In this document: positions 45,148-55,282 of the stretch, piece after piece
Position numbering within the stretch: position 1 is the first letter of the stretch
How the letters are laid out: every line of letters begins with the position of its first letter
Notes under the pieces: generated by a model
Seen by the model: only the letters and a program-made list of their open reading frames with translations
The model's database searches: none
Told to the model about the DNA's origin: nothing
Program-made: the position numbers and the translations under genes
Source of the DNA: a phage
Assembly (NCBI GenBank): GCA_028909515.1
Contig: GCA_028909515.1_4811.1
Strand: one strand, 5' to 3'
Length of the DNA stretch: 64,000 nucleotides

Positions 45148-45226
45148 CGTCTGTACTAAATAGAAATGACTTGTTGCTGTAAAATAATTTAGCTATTATA
45201 CTTCTCATATCACCCACAAAGGACAA

Positions 45227-46222
45227 ATGAACATGAAACAACCTGTAATGATTATCGGCGGCGGACTGGCAGGACTTATCACCGCGTGTCACTTCCCGAA
45301 CTCTATTGTGTACGAAGCAGGGGAACGAGCGCAACAGCACAAGGCACTGCTACGCTTTCGCGGCGAAGAAGTAAGCCGTATTACCGGAATCCCTTTTAAG
45401 GCCGTGACAGTTGACAAGGCTGTGTATTTTCGCGGTAACTACTACCACGACCATTGCCCAATCAACCTTGCCAATATGTATTCCATGAAGGTCACCAATC
45501 AGTTTGGCAGTCGTTCAATCATGAAGCTTAAAACTGCAACGCGTTATATTGCGCCTGATGACTTTTATGATCAGCTTGTCGACAAACTGGGTGACCGCAT
45601 ATTCTTTAATACTCCGGTTGATACTCTTTGCGGCTATAGCGAGACGCCAATCATCAACACGTCGCCGCTGCCAGTAATGATGAAGCTTGCTGGGATTGAT
45701 CAAAAGCTTGATTTCTCATTTGATAAAGCAAACATTCGCGTTTACCGCTTTAAGATTAAACGTAAGTGTGATTTGTATCAGACAATTTACTTCCCTGACT
45801 ACTCCGTCAGAACTTACCGCGCATCAATTACTGGTGACACGCTTATCATTGAAACAATTCCTTTGGTCAGCGTGAGTGAAGCTGCAGTTGAAGCCGCTGG
45901 CGGCATCACCCGTTATCGCGACATGAAGCTGCGCGCGGAAGTGGACGAAGTTCTGACCGCTTTTGGTCTTTCATGGAATGACATCTCTTTGGAAGAAGTT
46001 GAAAAGGTTGACCAGAAGTATGGCAAGATTGTAGACATTCCGAAAGACTTGCGACACGCCTTACTGCTCCAGCTGACTATGGATTTGAACGTATTCAGTG
46101 TTGGCCGATTCGCTACATGGCGCAACATCTTGCTTGATGACGTAGCTCATGACCTTGTTGAAGTTGAAAAACTCATCAAAGCAAATAACTATCAAAAATT
46201 TGCTTATATTGCTAATAAATAA
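45227..46222 (+). CDS. FAD/NAD(P)-binding oxidoreductase
   Basis: N-terminal Rossmann dinucleotide-binding motif 'VMIIGGGLAGLITA' with downstream acidic residue ('VYEAGE'). Confidence 0.6.
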   Translation: MNMKQPVMIIGGGLAGLITACHFPNSIVYEAGERAQQHKALLRFRGEEVSRITGIPFKAVTVDKAVYFRGNYYHDHCPINLANMYSMKVTNQFGSRSIMKLKTATRYIAPDDFYDQLVDKLGDRIFFNTPVDTLCGYSETPIINTSPLPVMMKLAGIDQKLDFSFDKANIRVYRFKIKRKCDLYQTIYFPDYSVRTYRASITGDTLIIETIPLVSVSEAAVEAAGGITRYRDMKLRAEVDEVLTAFGLSWNDISLEEVEKVDQKYGKIVDIPKDLRHALLLQLTMDLNVFSVGRFATWRNILLDDVAHDLVEVEKLIKANNYQKFAYIANK

Positions 46223-46287
46223 TTTGCTTTCTTCTTCAATGTGCGTATACTTTAATCATTGAAGCAGAACTCATAGAGGAAACGAAA

Positions 46288-46734
46288 ATGAAACGAATCA
46301 CTGGAATCGCGCTTGCCGCGACTGCTATTCTCGGCACCATGTATATGGAAGCGACTGAAGCCGCCGTCCGTACTTCCGATTCAATCGCTGTTTACGATTG
46401 TGAAGCGATGGACGGTAAGACCGCAGCAACGACTGGTGCGAAGATTACCACTTACATCGGTGTGAATGAGCAAGAAGGTCTGAATATTCAGATTCAGGGA
46501 TTCACGGGAAAAGGCGCCAACCGGACTCCGTGGATGCAGCGTTTCACTTTCGTTCAACCTCGTTCAACTGGCGCCTTTATCAACCTGATTGGTGAAAACC
46601 GTTCTGGTGCAGAAATCTTTACATCAATGAGTTCCAATAATGAACCAAAGAAAAGTTTTCAGTTGCTTTATAACGCACAATTCGTTTATCATTGCACCTT
46701 CTCTGGTGATCAGCAACTAGTTAACTACCGTTAA
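46288..46734 (+). CDS. hypothetical protein with N-terminal hydrophobic/signal-like segment
   Basis: 148 aa; 'ITGIALAATAILGTMYM' at N-terminus. Confidence 0.45.
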   Translation: MKRITGIALAATAILGTMYMEATEAAVRTSDSIAVYDCEAMDGKTAATTGAKITTYIGVNEQEGLNIQIQGFTGKGANRTPWMQRFTFVQPRSTGAFINLIGENRSGAEIFTSMSSNNEPKKSFQLLYNAQFVYHCTFSGDQQLVNYR

Positions 46735-46747
46735 TAGGATAATTAAA

Positions 46748-47551
46748 ATGAAAGTTGAATTAATTCGATACACCCAAGATGCACTTGACCTTTTGCTGGA
46801 AACAAAGAACACGCGCATGACTGGTAAGCCAGTCTCTGAGATGACAGAATCAGAGAAGCAAGAGCACTGGCGATACATGCTTGACACAATCAAGTCGCCT
46901 TTTGATTTTGTGGACTATATCTTTGACATCACTGATGTATCAAAGAATATGACTCATCAGATGGTGCGCACGCGCACAGGTGCATATCAAGAACGTACAA
47001 GCCGCGCTCAGGAATCTTCTGCTTTTGATGCGATTCGTCCTGCCAAATTTACTTACCCAGAGGATGATCCAAAGGGATGGACTCGTCATGACGAGAAGGC
47101 TGCTGAACTGGCAGAGAAATGGGATGATGCGATGGCCACGATTGACGCCCTCTACCAAGAGCTTCGCGCGGCTGGCGCAGAGATTCAAGATGCACGTGCC
47201 GTGTTGCCTTCTAATATGCAAACGCATATCATGGCAAAGTTCAACTTGCGAACGCTGCAACAGATGGCGTCAAACCGCTTGTGCACGCGCACCCAAGGCG
47301 AGTATCAGGAAGTTTTCCGTGCGATGGTAGCTGAAGTCCTCAAGGTGCATCCGTGGGCTAATCCTTTACTACAGCCGCAATGCATCGGCATGGGCAAGTG
47401 CGCATTCCCTCGCCATGGCAAGGCCCATTGCCCTTGGTATCGTGATTGGATGGATACCACTGCACAGCAAGAAGAATTACGCATCCAGTTTTGGAATGCA
47501 ATGCCAATCACCAATAATCCGGTTGCCAAAGATGGAGTATCAAAAGGATGA
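46748..47551 (+). CDS. ThyX-fold protein (flavin-dependent thymidylate synthase family), divergent signature
   Basis: Collinear with recalled ThyX sequences: 'FDITDVSKNMTHQMVRTRTGAYQERTSRA' versus canonical '...HE.VRHR.AS.SQ.S.RY', and 'FNLRTLQQMASNRLCTRTQGEY' versus 'NLR...HF..LR....AQ.EIR'; RHR is replaced by RTR and the Tyr after S-x-R by Ala. Confidence 0.65.
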   Translation: MKVELIRYTQDALDLLLETKNTRMTGKPVSEMTESEKQEHWRYMLDTIKSPFDFVDYIFDITDVSKNMTHQMVRTRTGAYQERTSRAQESSAFDAIRPAKFTYPEDDPKGWTRHDEKAAELAEKWDDAMATIDALYQELRAAGAEIQDARAVLPSNMQTHIMAKFNLRTLQQMASNRLCTRTQGEYQEVFRAMVAEVLKVHPWANPLLQPQCIGMGKCAFPRHGKAHCPWYRDWMDTTAQQEELRIQFWNAMPITNNPVAKDGVSKG

Positions 47552-48420
47552 GCATTAAAAACAGCGAAATCTTAAACGTATTCGACCTTGACGGAACGCT
47601 GTTTGATGACCGTTGGCGCTTAGACCGCATCAAGGTGGCAGGTCCGTTGTCAGACTATGATGACTATCACAGCGGTATTGGTTATGATCAGTTCTATCCT
47701 CACATTGCATCAGCAGTAGAGTCGGCATCTCTTCGCGGTGAGGCGGTTGAATATTGGACTGCAAGGCCAGAAAAATACAGACAAGTGACTTTTGAACGTC
47801 TGGACAATGTTTTCCCTTTTGATGAATTTACAATCAAGATGAGAGACTATGGCGACAAACGTCCATCAACTATCATGAAATCTGCATGGCTATCGCACGC
47901 ATTGCGGCACGGTGATTATCGAATCATCAATGTATTCGACGACCGACAAGACGTACTCGCGCGGATGCAAGATGAAGCATTGTATTATAATTCCGTTGCT
48001 CAAAATAAAATCGCTTTTACATTTAATCTTTGCAAGGCAGGTGAAGTGGTGCAACAATTAGCAATTGATCCAAGCGCAACAGGGCAAGAAGAGACTAAGG
48101 CTGTGGAAGTTGAACAATCTCCGGCAACTGCCGCCGATATTCTTGATGCAATGGCAGCAACCTTCCGTGAGCGCAACGCTGTCTATGGCGATAACGCTGT
48201 GATGGTAGGTCAGGTTATGCAGGTGCTTTTCCCTAATGGCGTAACGTTGAAAACGCCGGAAGACTACCACATGTGGCATCTGTTCGAGCTTAAGATTGTC
48301 AAGCTTACACGCTTTGCAATCAGCGGCCTGAAGCACGAAGACTCTATACACGATGATGGTGTTTACAGCGCCATGTGTGAACGTCTTGTAAACACCCATA
48401 ATATTAATTTCAATAAATAG
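47548..48420 (+). CDS. HAD-family phosphatase fused to an alpha-helical C-terminal domain
   Basis: HAD motif I 'VFDLDGTLFDD'; 4-nt overlap with the ThyX-like gene. Confidence 0.55.
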   Translation: MSIKNSEILNVFDLDGTLFDDRWRLDRIKVAGPLSDYDDYHSGIGYDQFYPHIASAVESASLRGEAVEYWTARPEKYRQVTFERLDNVFPFDEFTIKMRDYGDKRPSTIMKSAWLSHALRHGDYRIINVFDDRQDVLARMQDEALYYNSVAQNKIAFTFNLCKAGEVVQQLAIDPSATGQEETKAVEVEQSPATAADILDAMAATFRERNAVYGDNAVMVGQVMQVLFPNGVTLKTPEDYHMWHLFELKIVKLTRFAISGLKHEDSIHDDGVYSAMCERLVNTHNINFNK

Positions 48421-48449
48421 TTTACTTGTGCGTTTCGATGAGTTATATT
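48421..48449 (+). promoter_or_regulatory. sigma70-like promoter with conserved downstream box
   Basis: TTTACT-N17-TATATT followed by TACCTCATCGAAACGAA. Confidence 0.5.
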
Positions 48450-48485
48450 TACCTCATCGAAACGAAGTCCAAAAAGGATAAATAA

Positions 48486-49169
48486 ATGAAAAAAGTAATT
48501 GTTGTAACAGGTTCCAATTCCGGTCTTGGTAAATCTATTTTTGACACCCTTGGCGCTTACGGTCATAACGTGCTTGGCATCGATTCAGCATACGGATATG
48601 ACGTCCGCGATGCTAAACAGATGAAAGAAATTTTAAGCCCATATGATGTTGAAGGCTTGATCAACTGTGCTGGTGTCAACTCTAACAACTGGTTCGAAGA
48701 TGTTAACTACGAAGAGTTCAATCGCGTTATGCACACCAACGCCTTCTCTTTCGTCAACACGACTCAGGCCGCGCTGAAAAGTCTTATCGACAACAAAGGC
48801 TTTGTGATCAACATCGTTTCCAACGCTGCGCATATTCCTATGACGTCCAGCTTGTGTTATAATGCATCCAAGGCTGCTGCGCTTATGATCAGCAAGCAGA
48901 TGGCTCACGAACTTACGCCTAAGTACGGCATCACGGTATTCTCTATTAGTCCTAACAAGTTGCGCGGCACTGGCATGTCTAAACAGATTGAAGATGCCGT
49001 TTGTGCGACTCGCGGCTGGACTCCTGAATACGCTGCTGAATACCAGAAAAAGGCATTGATGAATGGATTGGAGACTGAGCCGCAAGTAATTGCCGACTTC
49101 ATTCGCCATATCTTAATTACGGGCGCATGGCGCTTTATGTCTGGCACTGATATTCCATTTGGTAAATAA
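48486..49169 (+). CDS. short-chain dehydrogenase/reductase (SDR)
   Basis: 'VIVVTGSNSGLGKSI' cofactor motif and 'YNASK' catalytic Y-x-x-x-K; promoter upstream. Confidence 0.65.
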   Translation: MKKVIVVTGSNSGLGKSIFDTLGAYGHNVLGIDSAYGYDVRDAKQMKEILSPYDVEGLINCAGVNSNNWFEDVNYEEFNRVMHTNAFSFVNTTQAALKSLIDNKGFVINIVSNAAHIPMTSSLCYNASKAAALMISKQMAHELTPKYGITVFSISPNKLRGTGMSKQIEDAVCATRGWTPEYAAEYQKKALMNGLETEPQVIADFIRHILITGAWRFMSGTDIPFGK

Positions 49170-49265
49170 ATCACGAACATTTTAAGTTGTCACACCCGCT
49201 CCTGAAAAGAAACAGGACGAAGACAACACAGTAATTAATCAATAATATTTAATTAAGGAAACAAA

Positions 49266-49817
49266 ATGCCACATTTTAAAATTGAACAAATCGCCCTGTC
49301 AATTCCAGATGCTCAGCGCGCACAGGATTTCTTGGCTAAAATCGGCCTGACGGAATGGTTCCATGATCATGTTGTTGCTACTGGTCGCGTATTTGAAGCT
49401 GATGACTTTAAAGGTCGTCGCGACGATTGCACCAATGAAGCTGACTTGCGCTTCAACTATCAGGCTGGCAACGGTACTGATGGCGGCGCTGGTAAGCCTC
49501 TTGAGCTTGAAATACTTGACTACACAATGGGCTGCAACTGGATTAACGAAAACATCGAATATATCGATGCGCATGACAATCAGGTCAGCCACCTTGGCAT
49601 GCATGTGACTGCCGCTGAACTTGCTGAATGGCGTAAGTTCTTTAGCGAAGAAGGCATTCAGGTTGCACAGGAAGTTGTAACTGACTCTCATACCAACCCG
49701 AACATTGCTGGTCAACGTCGTTACAACTATGTGATCTTTGATACGCGTGAAATCATCGGTGTTGATTTGAAGTTTATCGTGCGCTTGAATCAAGACGGTA
49801 CTCCGTACACTGTATAA
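49266..49817 (+). CDS. VOC/glyoxalase-fold protein (tentative)
   Basis: 'PHFKIEQIALSIPDAQRAQDFLAKIGL' and 'SHLGMHVTAAELAEWRKFFSEEGIQV' resemble paired glyoxalase-type modules. Confidence 0.4.
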   Translation: MPHFKIEQIALSIPDAQRAQDFLAKIGLTEWFHDHVVATGRVFEADDFKGRRDDCTNEADLRFNYQAGNGTDGGAGKPLELEILDYTMGCNWINENIEYIDAHDNQVSHLGMHVTAAELAEWRKFFSEEGIQVAQEVVTDSHTNPNIAGQRRYNYVIFDTREIIGVDLKFIVRLNQDGTPYTV

Positions 49818-49871
49818 CGAATCGTGAATCTGTGGCCGTCCTAATGGGCGGCCTTTTTGTAGGAGGCTAAT

Positions 49872-50414
49872 GTGTTATTTCTCCCTTATGACTTCGAAAC
49901 AACCGGATTGACCGTGCACCCGAAAGCGCCGCTTGGGATGCAGCCGCGCCCTATTGAATTTGCAGGTCTGTTGACAGACGGCAAAGAGATTCTTGAAACG
50001 TTTGAATTCATAATTAATCCTGAAATCGTGATTGAAGAAATTATCACAAAGATTACCGGATTAACAAATGAAGACCTTGAGTGCAATCCACCATTCATCA
50101 ATTTCGTCCCGCAGCTAAAAGAAATCTTCAAGAAGACTGATGCAACTATCGCGCACAACCATGCGTTCGATAAAAACATTCTTGATTATGCACTACAGCG
50201 CGAAGGACTTACGCTTGATGATGTTAATTTTCCAGAAATAAACATATGTACAGTTGAGCAAACCTTGCCTATTTTTGGCCGAAGAGTTAAGCTTCAAGAG
50301 CTGTATGAATTATATTTCGGAAAATATGAACAGAAGCACCGTGCATTAGACGACGTAATATTACTGCACAAAGTCTGCCAACAAATTGGCGTATATGACA
50401 TCTGGAGTAAATAA
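49872..50414 (+). CDS. DnaQ-like 3'-5' exonuclease (DEDDh)
   Basis: Exo motifs 'DFETTGL', 'HNHAFD', 'HRALDD'; stop overlaps polymerase start. Confidence 0.75.
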   Translation: MLFLPYDFETTGLTVHPKAPLGMQPRPIEFAGLLTDGKEILETFEFIINPEIVIEEIITKITGLTNEDLECNPPFINFVPQLKEIFKKTDATIAHNHAFDKNILDYALQREGLTLDDVNFPEINICTVEQTLPIFGRRVKLQELYELYFGKYEQKHRALDDVILLHKVCQQIGVYDIWSK

Positions 50415-53311
50415 TGTTTCCACAATTGAGAGTTCGCAGCGGTTACACGTTCAAAGAAGTTTATGGACGGCATCCTGAAATTATAGCACGGCTCAAAGAG
50501 TTGGGCTGCGAAGTCGCGGCATTAGTTGATAACAACACATGGGGTCACGTCCGCTGGGAAAAGGAATGCCAGAAAAATGATATTAAGCCTATGTTTGGGA
50601 TGGAGATTCCAATCATCGACCCTGATGCGGACCCTAAAAAGGGATTCAAACCGAAGGCTTGGATATTGGCCCTTGACTTAAAATCTTTTTACAACGCTAC
50701 GACACTTGCAACGCAGCGTGGTGGCCTTACCCGTGCAGAGTTCGGTGCGCTTGATGGCGTCGTTAAATTCTGTGGCGGTGCCGTTGAGCTGCTGCGGCCA
50801 GAGGACTACGATTATATAGACGTCAACCCATCATCGTTCCTTTTGGCTAAGCGCCAGGTGTTGGCTCACCGCAGCAACGGAAGGCCGCTGGTTTTAACCG
50901 GATACAACCACATGCCTTCACCTAAGCACGTTGACTTTGCTTATGCTTGGGAAGTGCGCGACACGGTCAAGCCGCACTGCATCGTTGACGCGGAAGACTT
51001 GCGCAAACAGCTTAAAGGCATCTTGACTGAAGATGAGCTCAATCAGGCAACGGCCAATGCTGTTGACATAGCAAACGGCATAGTCGGACTTGACCTGAAA
51101 TTGCGTAAGGCACCGATTATTCACCTTGCTGGTGACATGGTAAAGCTTGCTCGCGAGGGGATGGAGTATCGTCTCAAAGCAGGTCACATCAAAGAGTGGA
51201 CTCAGGAATATGAGGACCGCTTCAACGAAGAAATTCACCAGATTCAGCTGAAAGATTTCGACTCATACTTTCTGGTAGTAGCGGACCTTGTACGATTCGC
51301 AAAAACAAAAATGCTCGTCGGGCCTGCTCGCGGCTCATCGGCTGGTTCACTTGTTTGCTATTGCCTCGGCATCACGGAAGTGGACCCAATCCCGTATAAG
51401 CTGCTGTTTGCCCGATTCATCGACGTAAGCCGCGCCGACCTTCCTGACATCGACATCGACTTTGAAGATACCAAACGCTACATGGTGTTTGATTATCTTA
51501 AAGAGAAATATGGCGAAATGAACGTTGCAAAGCTTGGCAACATCAACACGCTTAAGGCCAACTCAGTAATGGCGCAGGTTGGTAAGAAGTTCAACATTGG
51601 ATACCACGAAACGGCCAACATTAAAAACGCACTGCTTGAATACTCATCCGGTGACGCCCGTTATGGTCACGGCCTGGAGGATACCTTTGCAACAACGACC
51701 ACGGGCCAAGAGTTTGTGGCGAAATATCCTGACGCCGCGCGTTGCATGGGTGACCTTGAGATTCACCCGTCTCACACAGGTGTTCACGCAGCGGGAATCA
51801 TTGTGTGTAATGACCCAATCTCTGATTACTGTACTGTAACTGCAGAAGGGATTGCGCAAATCGATAAGCCTGACAGCGAATACCTAAACCTTTTGAAGCT
51901 TGATGCGCTGGGCCTTCGTACTCTCGGAATCATTTCTGATACTGGCGTGATAGATGCTGAAACGCTGTACGGAATCAAGCTTGATGACCAAAGCGTCCTT
52001 GACATCCTTAACGAAAACAAGATGTCAGGCATCTTCCAGTTTGAAGGCGACGCTGTACGCTCAGTAACCAACTTTGTGCACGTTGATAACTTTAACAAAA
52101 TCGATAACCTGACAGCACTTGGCCGACCTGGCCCGTTGTCGTCCGGTATGGCCCAGAAATACATTGAACGCGCGGCAGGACGTGCGCCGATTGAGTACGA
52201 CGTGCCGCAGCTTGAGCCGTACTTAAAAGAGACTTACGGCGTGTTTCTTTACCAAGAGCAAATCATGGCCGTGGTTAAAGAGATTGGTTCATTTGACTGG
52301 GCGAAAACATCCGCTGTACGTAAGGCGATGTCAGGTCGTAAGGGTGAGGAATACTTTAACAAGCTTGGCGAAGACTTCGTTGCAGGAGCAATAAATAACG
52401 GCGTACCGGAAGCGGATGCAAGAAAGCTTTGGCAAGCGATGGCGACGTTCGGGTCATGGGGCTTTAACAAGTCACACTCCGTATCATACGCGGTCGTGAC
52501 CTACTGGACCTTGTGGCTTAAGCGACACTACCCGTTGGAATTTGCCGCTGCTTGCTTACGCGCTGCTAAGGACGAAGACCAGACGATTGCGATATTACGT
52601 GAACTTGCGAAGGAAGGCGTGGATTATGTGCCAATCGACCCTGATCACTCTTCAATGAACTGGACCATCGCTAACGGAAAGCTAATCGGCGGCATCATGA
52701 ACGCAAAAGGATATGGCATGGTGAAGGCAATGAAGTATATCGAAGCACGTGAAGCCGGAACCTTAACGCAAAAGCAAAAGGATGCATTGGCCAATGCTGA
52801 AGTCAAATACGGCGACCTTACAGAGATGCACACAAAGTTCGGATGGGCATATAATGACCCCTATCTGATTGGCGTTACTTCCGGTGCTTCAATACGCCAG
52901 ATGAAGGAAGTCGGCGATGACGAGCGTGCAATAGTGATCGGCAAGTTGACCAAGAAAGTGCTGGCTGACGAGAACGAAGCGACACGCATCCGTAAACGTC
53001 TTGAGCGCGGCATTTATACAAAGCACGGCAAACTTAAAAAGGGTCTTCAAGCTGATGGCCGCTACGCAGAGTTTGACCAGTATGGAAACAAGCTTGAGAC
53101 TCAGTTCATTGACCTTATGTGCAAGGACGATTCGACCGACTCGCCAATGCGCTTCAGGATTCGTCCAGAGAAGTTCCAGAAATACGGGAAATACATTGCA
53201 GAGAACGTCGGGAACGGCGCATTCTTCCTGATGAAAGGCCGCAAACTTGAAGGCATTGACATGTTCATCGTCGACGTTATCAAACAGGTGTATCCAGATG
53301 GCAACAAATAA
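50414..53311 (+). CDS. DNA polymerase III alpha-type (DnaE-like) replicase
   Basis: 965 aa; N-terminal PHP-like region; 'GPARGSSAGSLVCYCLGITEVDP' matches the conserved Pol III alpha motif. Confidence 0.8.
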   Translation: MFPQLRVRSGYTFKEVYGRHPEIIARLKELGCEVAALVDNNTWGHVRWEKECQKNDIKPMFGMEIPIIDPDADPKKGFKPKAWILALDLKSFYNATTLATQRGGLTRAEFGALDGVVKFCGGAVELLRPEDYDYIDVNPSSFLLAKRQVLAHRSNGRPLVLTGYNHMPSPKHVDFAYAWEVRDTVKPHCIVDAEDLRKQLKGILTEDELNQATANAVDIANGIVGLDLKLRKAPIIHLAGDMVKLAREGMEYRLKAGHIKEWTQEYEDRFNEEIHQIQLKDFDSYFLVVADLVRFAKTKMLVGPARGSSAGSLVCYCLGITEVDPIPYKLLFARFIDVSRADLPDIDIDFEDTKRYMVFDYLKEKYGEMNVAKLGNINTLKANSVMAQVGKKFNIGYHETANIKNALLEYSSGDARYGHGLEDTFATTTTGQEFVAKYPDAARCMGDLEIHPSHTGVHAAGIIVCNDPISDYCTVTAEGIAQIDKPDSEYLNLLKLDALGLRTLGIISDTGVIDAETLYGIKLDDQSVLDILNENKMSGIFQFEGDAVRSVTNFVHVDNFNKIDNLTALGRPGPLSSGMAQKYIERAAGRAPIEYDVPQLEPYLKETYGVFLYQEQIMAVVKEIGSFDWAKTSAVRKAMSGRKGEEYFNKLGEDFVAGAINNGVPEADARKLWQAMATFGSWGFNKSHSVSYAVVTYWTLWLKRHYPLEFAAACLRAAKDEDQTIAILRELAKEGVDYVPIDPDHSSMNWTIANGKLIGGIMNAKGYGMVKAMKYIEAREAGTLTQKQKDALANAEVKYGDLTEMHTKFGWAYNDPYLIGVTSGASIRQMKEVGDDERAIVIGKLTKKVLADENEATRIRKRLERGIYTKHGKLKKGLQADGRYAEFDQYGNKLETQFIDLMCKDDSTDSPMRFRIRPEKFQKYGKYIAENVGNGAFFLMKGRKLEGIDMFIVDVIKQVYPDGNK

Positions 53312-53720
53312 CCGTGAACAGAAATACATATTCGTGCCTTTGAAGAAGCATTCAGAATCAATCTTGAAGCTTCAAAGAATCGAATCAATGACGGGTGATG
53401 GTGTGCCGGACGTAATCGGCACCAACCGGAAAGGGCGCGGCTTTTGGCTTGAAATGAAGTTCTTTGAATCGTGGCCTGCAAGGGCCACCACTCTTCCTTT
53501 CAAGAGCGCATTTGAGAAAGGTCAACAAAGCTTTTTGACTTCTTGGAGTGATTGGAAATTCTCGTCATTCGTGTTGCTGAAGGTGGACTCTGAAAAGGCT
53601 TATTATTTAGTTCACCCTTCATTGCGATTAAAAGAATATACTAAGCATGAGATTCTGGCTATGGTCGCCGCGAGCGGGTCCATCCATCACATCATCAAGT
53701 ATTTAGAGGAATTGTCATGA
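53298..53720 (+). CDS. PD-(D/E)xK nuclease (VRR-NUC-like)
   Basis: Start set at 'MATNNREQ'; 'GVPDVIG...FWLEMKF' gives a PD...ExK arrangement; 14-nt overlap with polymerase end. Confidence 0.5.
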   Translation: MATNNREQKYIFVPLKKHSESILKLQRIESMTGDGVPDVIGTNRKGRGFWLEMKFFESWPARATTLPFKSAFEKGQQSFLTSWSDWKFSSFVLLKVDSEKAYYLVHPSLRLKEYTKHEILAMVAASGSIHHIIKYLEELS

Positions 53721-55240
53721 AAACACAAGGGATGCGCCACCAGCTTCTGGCGCTTGATAAAGCAGGCCGCAGAAAATACTTTGCCTATTTCATGGAACAG
53801 GGTCTTGGTAAAACTTGGACCGCTTTGGCAGAGTTTGAAAAGCACTTCACTGCTGGCGCGTTCGATGCCATGGTCGTCATCGCTCCAAACGGTGTCCACT
53901 CCAACTGGATTCGTCGTGAAGCACCAGAACACCTTTCCATCAAGTGGATTGGGCACTACTGGCGCGGCAACGACAAGATGAAGACTAAAAAGGGCAAGGT
54001 GCTTTGGGAGAAGATGTTTGCTGATCACTACCCTGAAGGCGAAGTGCCTGCGCGCATCTTCTCATTCAACATCGATACCGTCAACACACCAGTAGGTTAT
54101 CAACACATCGAGTCGGTCTTGAAGAAATACCGCTGCCTGATGATCATTGATGAATCGACTCGCATCAAAAATAACACAGCAAAACGCTCCATCAAGGTCG
54201 TGGAATTGGGTCGGCTGGCAAAGGCCCGTCGAATCCTTTCTGGCACGCCGCTGCCGCGCTCGCCTGCGGATATTTACATGCAATATCACTTCCTTGAAGC
54301 AGGCTTGCTCGGCACCAAATCTTTCCGCGCCTTCAACTCTGAATTCACTGTGCTACTTGAAGCGCACGACCCAGAAATGCAAGCCATCCTCAAGAAAATC
54401 GGCGGCAATGGCTATGGGATTCCGCAAGTGCCGCGCAAAGACCAGTTTGGCCGACCGATGTACAAAAACCTTGACAAGCTTATCCGGCTGATGGAACCGC
54501 ACTATTTTCGTGCGACAAAAGCGGAATACTTGCCTGACCTTCCAGAGAAGGTGTATAAGTTTATCGACTTCGAGCTGTCGCCTAAACAACGCGATGTCTA
54601 CGATGAACTCAAGAATGAGTACAACTATTTGATGGAATACAAGGGCGAAGAAGAAAACGTTAAGTTTGAGATGATCGCATCTCGCACTAAGATGAAGCAG
54701 GTTACATCAGGCTTTGTTAAGGTGTATGATGAGATGGTCTACATGGAAGACAACCCACGATTCACGGCCTTTAAGGACTATGTGGAAGGGGTGCTGGAAG
54801 ACGACCCAGAGCGCAAATTCATTGTTTGGGCCATCTTTAAGGAAGAGATGAACCAGATTAAGGATTGGCTTGAGTCTGAAGGAGTGGTCACTGGTGTATA
54901 TAACGGTGAGACGTCAAAAGAGCAGCGTGAGTTCTTGATTGATGACTTCCAGAAGAACACAGTCGAGAACGGTGGGACGCAAGTGCTTGTTTGTCACGCT
55001 GCAGCGGCAGGAATCGGTATCACGCTTACCGCCGCCGACTTGGCAATCTATTATTCTTGCAACTATGACAACGAGTTGCGCAAGCAATCTGAAGACCGAA
55101 ATCACCGAATCGGCACAAAATCAAGCGTGTTGTATGTTGATTTTATTGGTGTTGATACCATCGACGAAGAAATTCAGCGTTCATTAAGTATGAAGTCTAT
55201 GCTTGCTGATCACATCCTCGACGGCAAAAAGATGAATTAA
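53717..55240 (+). CDS. SNF2-family helicase/ATPase
   Basis: 'MEQGLGKTW' (Walker A), 'MIIDESTRIKN' (DExx box), C-terminal helicase lobe 'LVCHAAAAGIGITLTAA'. Confidence 0.75.
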   Translation: MKTQGMRHQLLALDKAGRRKYFAYFMEQGLGKTWTALAEFEKHFTAGAFDAMVVIAPNGVHSNWIRREAPEHLSIKWIGHYWRGNDKMKTKKGKVLWEKMFADHYPEGEVPARIFSFNIDTVNTPVGYQHIESVLKKYRCLMIIDESTRIKNNTAKRSIKVVELGRLAKARRILSGTPLPRSPADIYMQYHFLEAGLLGTKSFRAFNSEFTVLLEAHDPEMQAILKKIGGNGYGIPQVPRKDQFGRPMYKNLDKLIRLMEPHYFRATKAEYLPDLPEKVYKFIDFELSPKQRDVYDELKNEYNYLMEYKGEEENVKFEMIASRTKMKQVTSGFVKVYDEMVYMEDNPRFTAFKDYVEGVLEDDPERKFIVWAIFKEEMNQIKDWLESEGVVTGVYNGETSKEQREFLIDDFQKNTVENGGTQVLVCHAAAAGIGITLTAADLAIYYSCNYDNELRKQSEDRNHRIGTKSSVLYVDFIGVDTIDEEIQRSLSMKSMLADHILDGKKMN

Positions 55241-55253
55241 TATCAAAAATAAT

Positions 55254-55282
55254 TTGACTTGTCACGGAAGATGAGTCATAAT
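55254..55282 (+). promoter_or_regulatory. sigma70-like promoter with conserved downstream box
   Basis: TTGACT-N17-CATAAT followed by TACTTCATCGAAACGAA. Confidence 0.5.
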
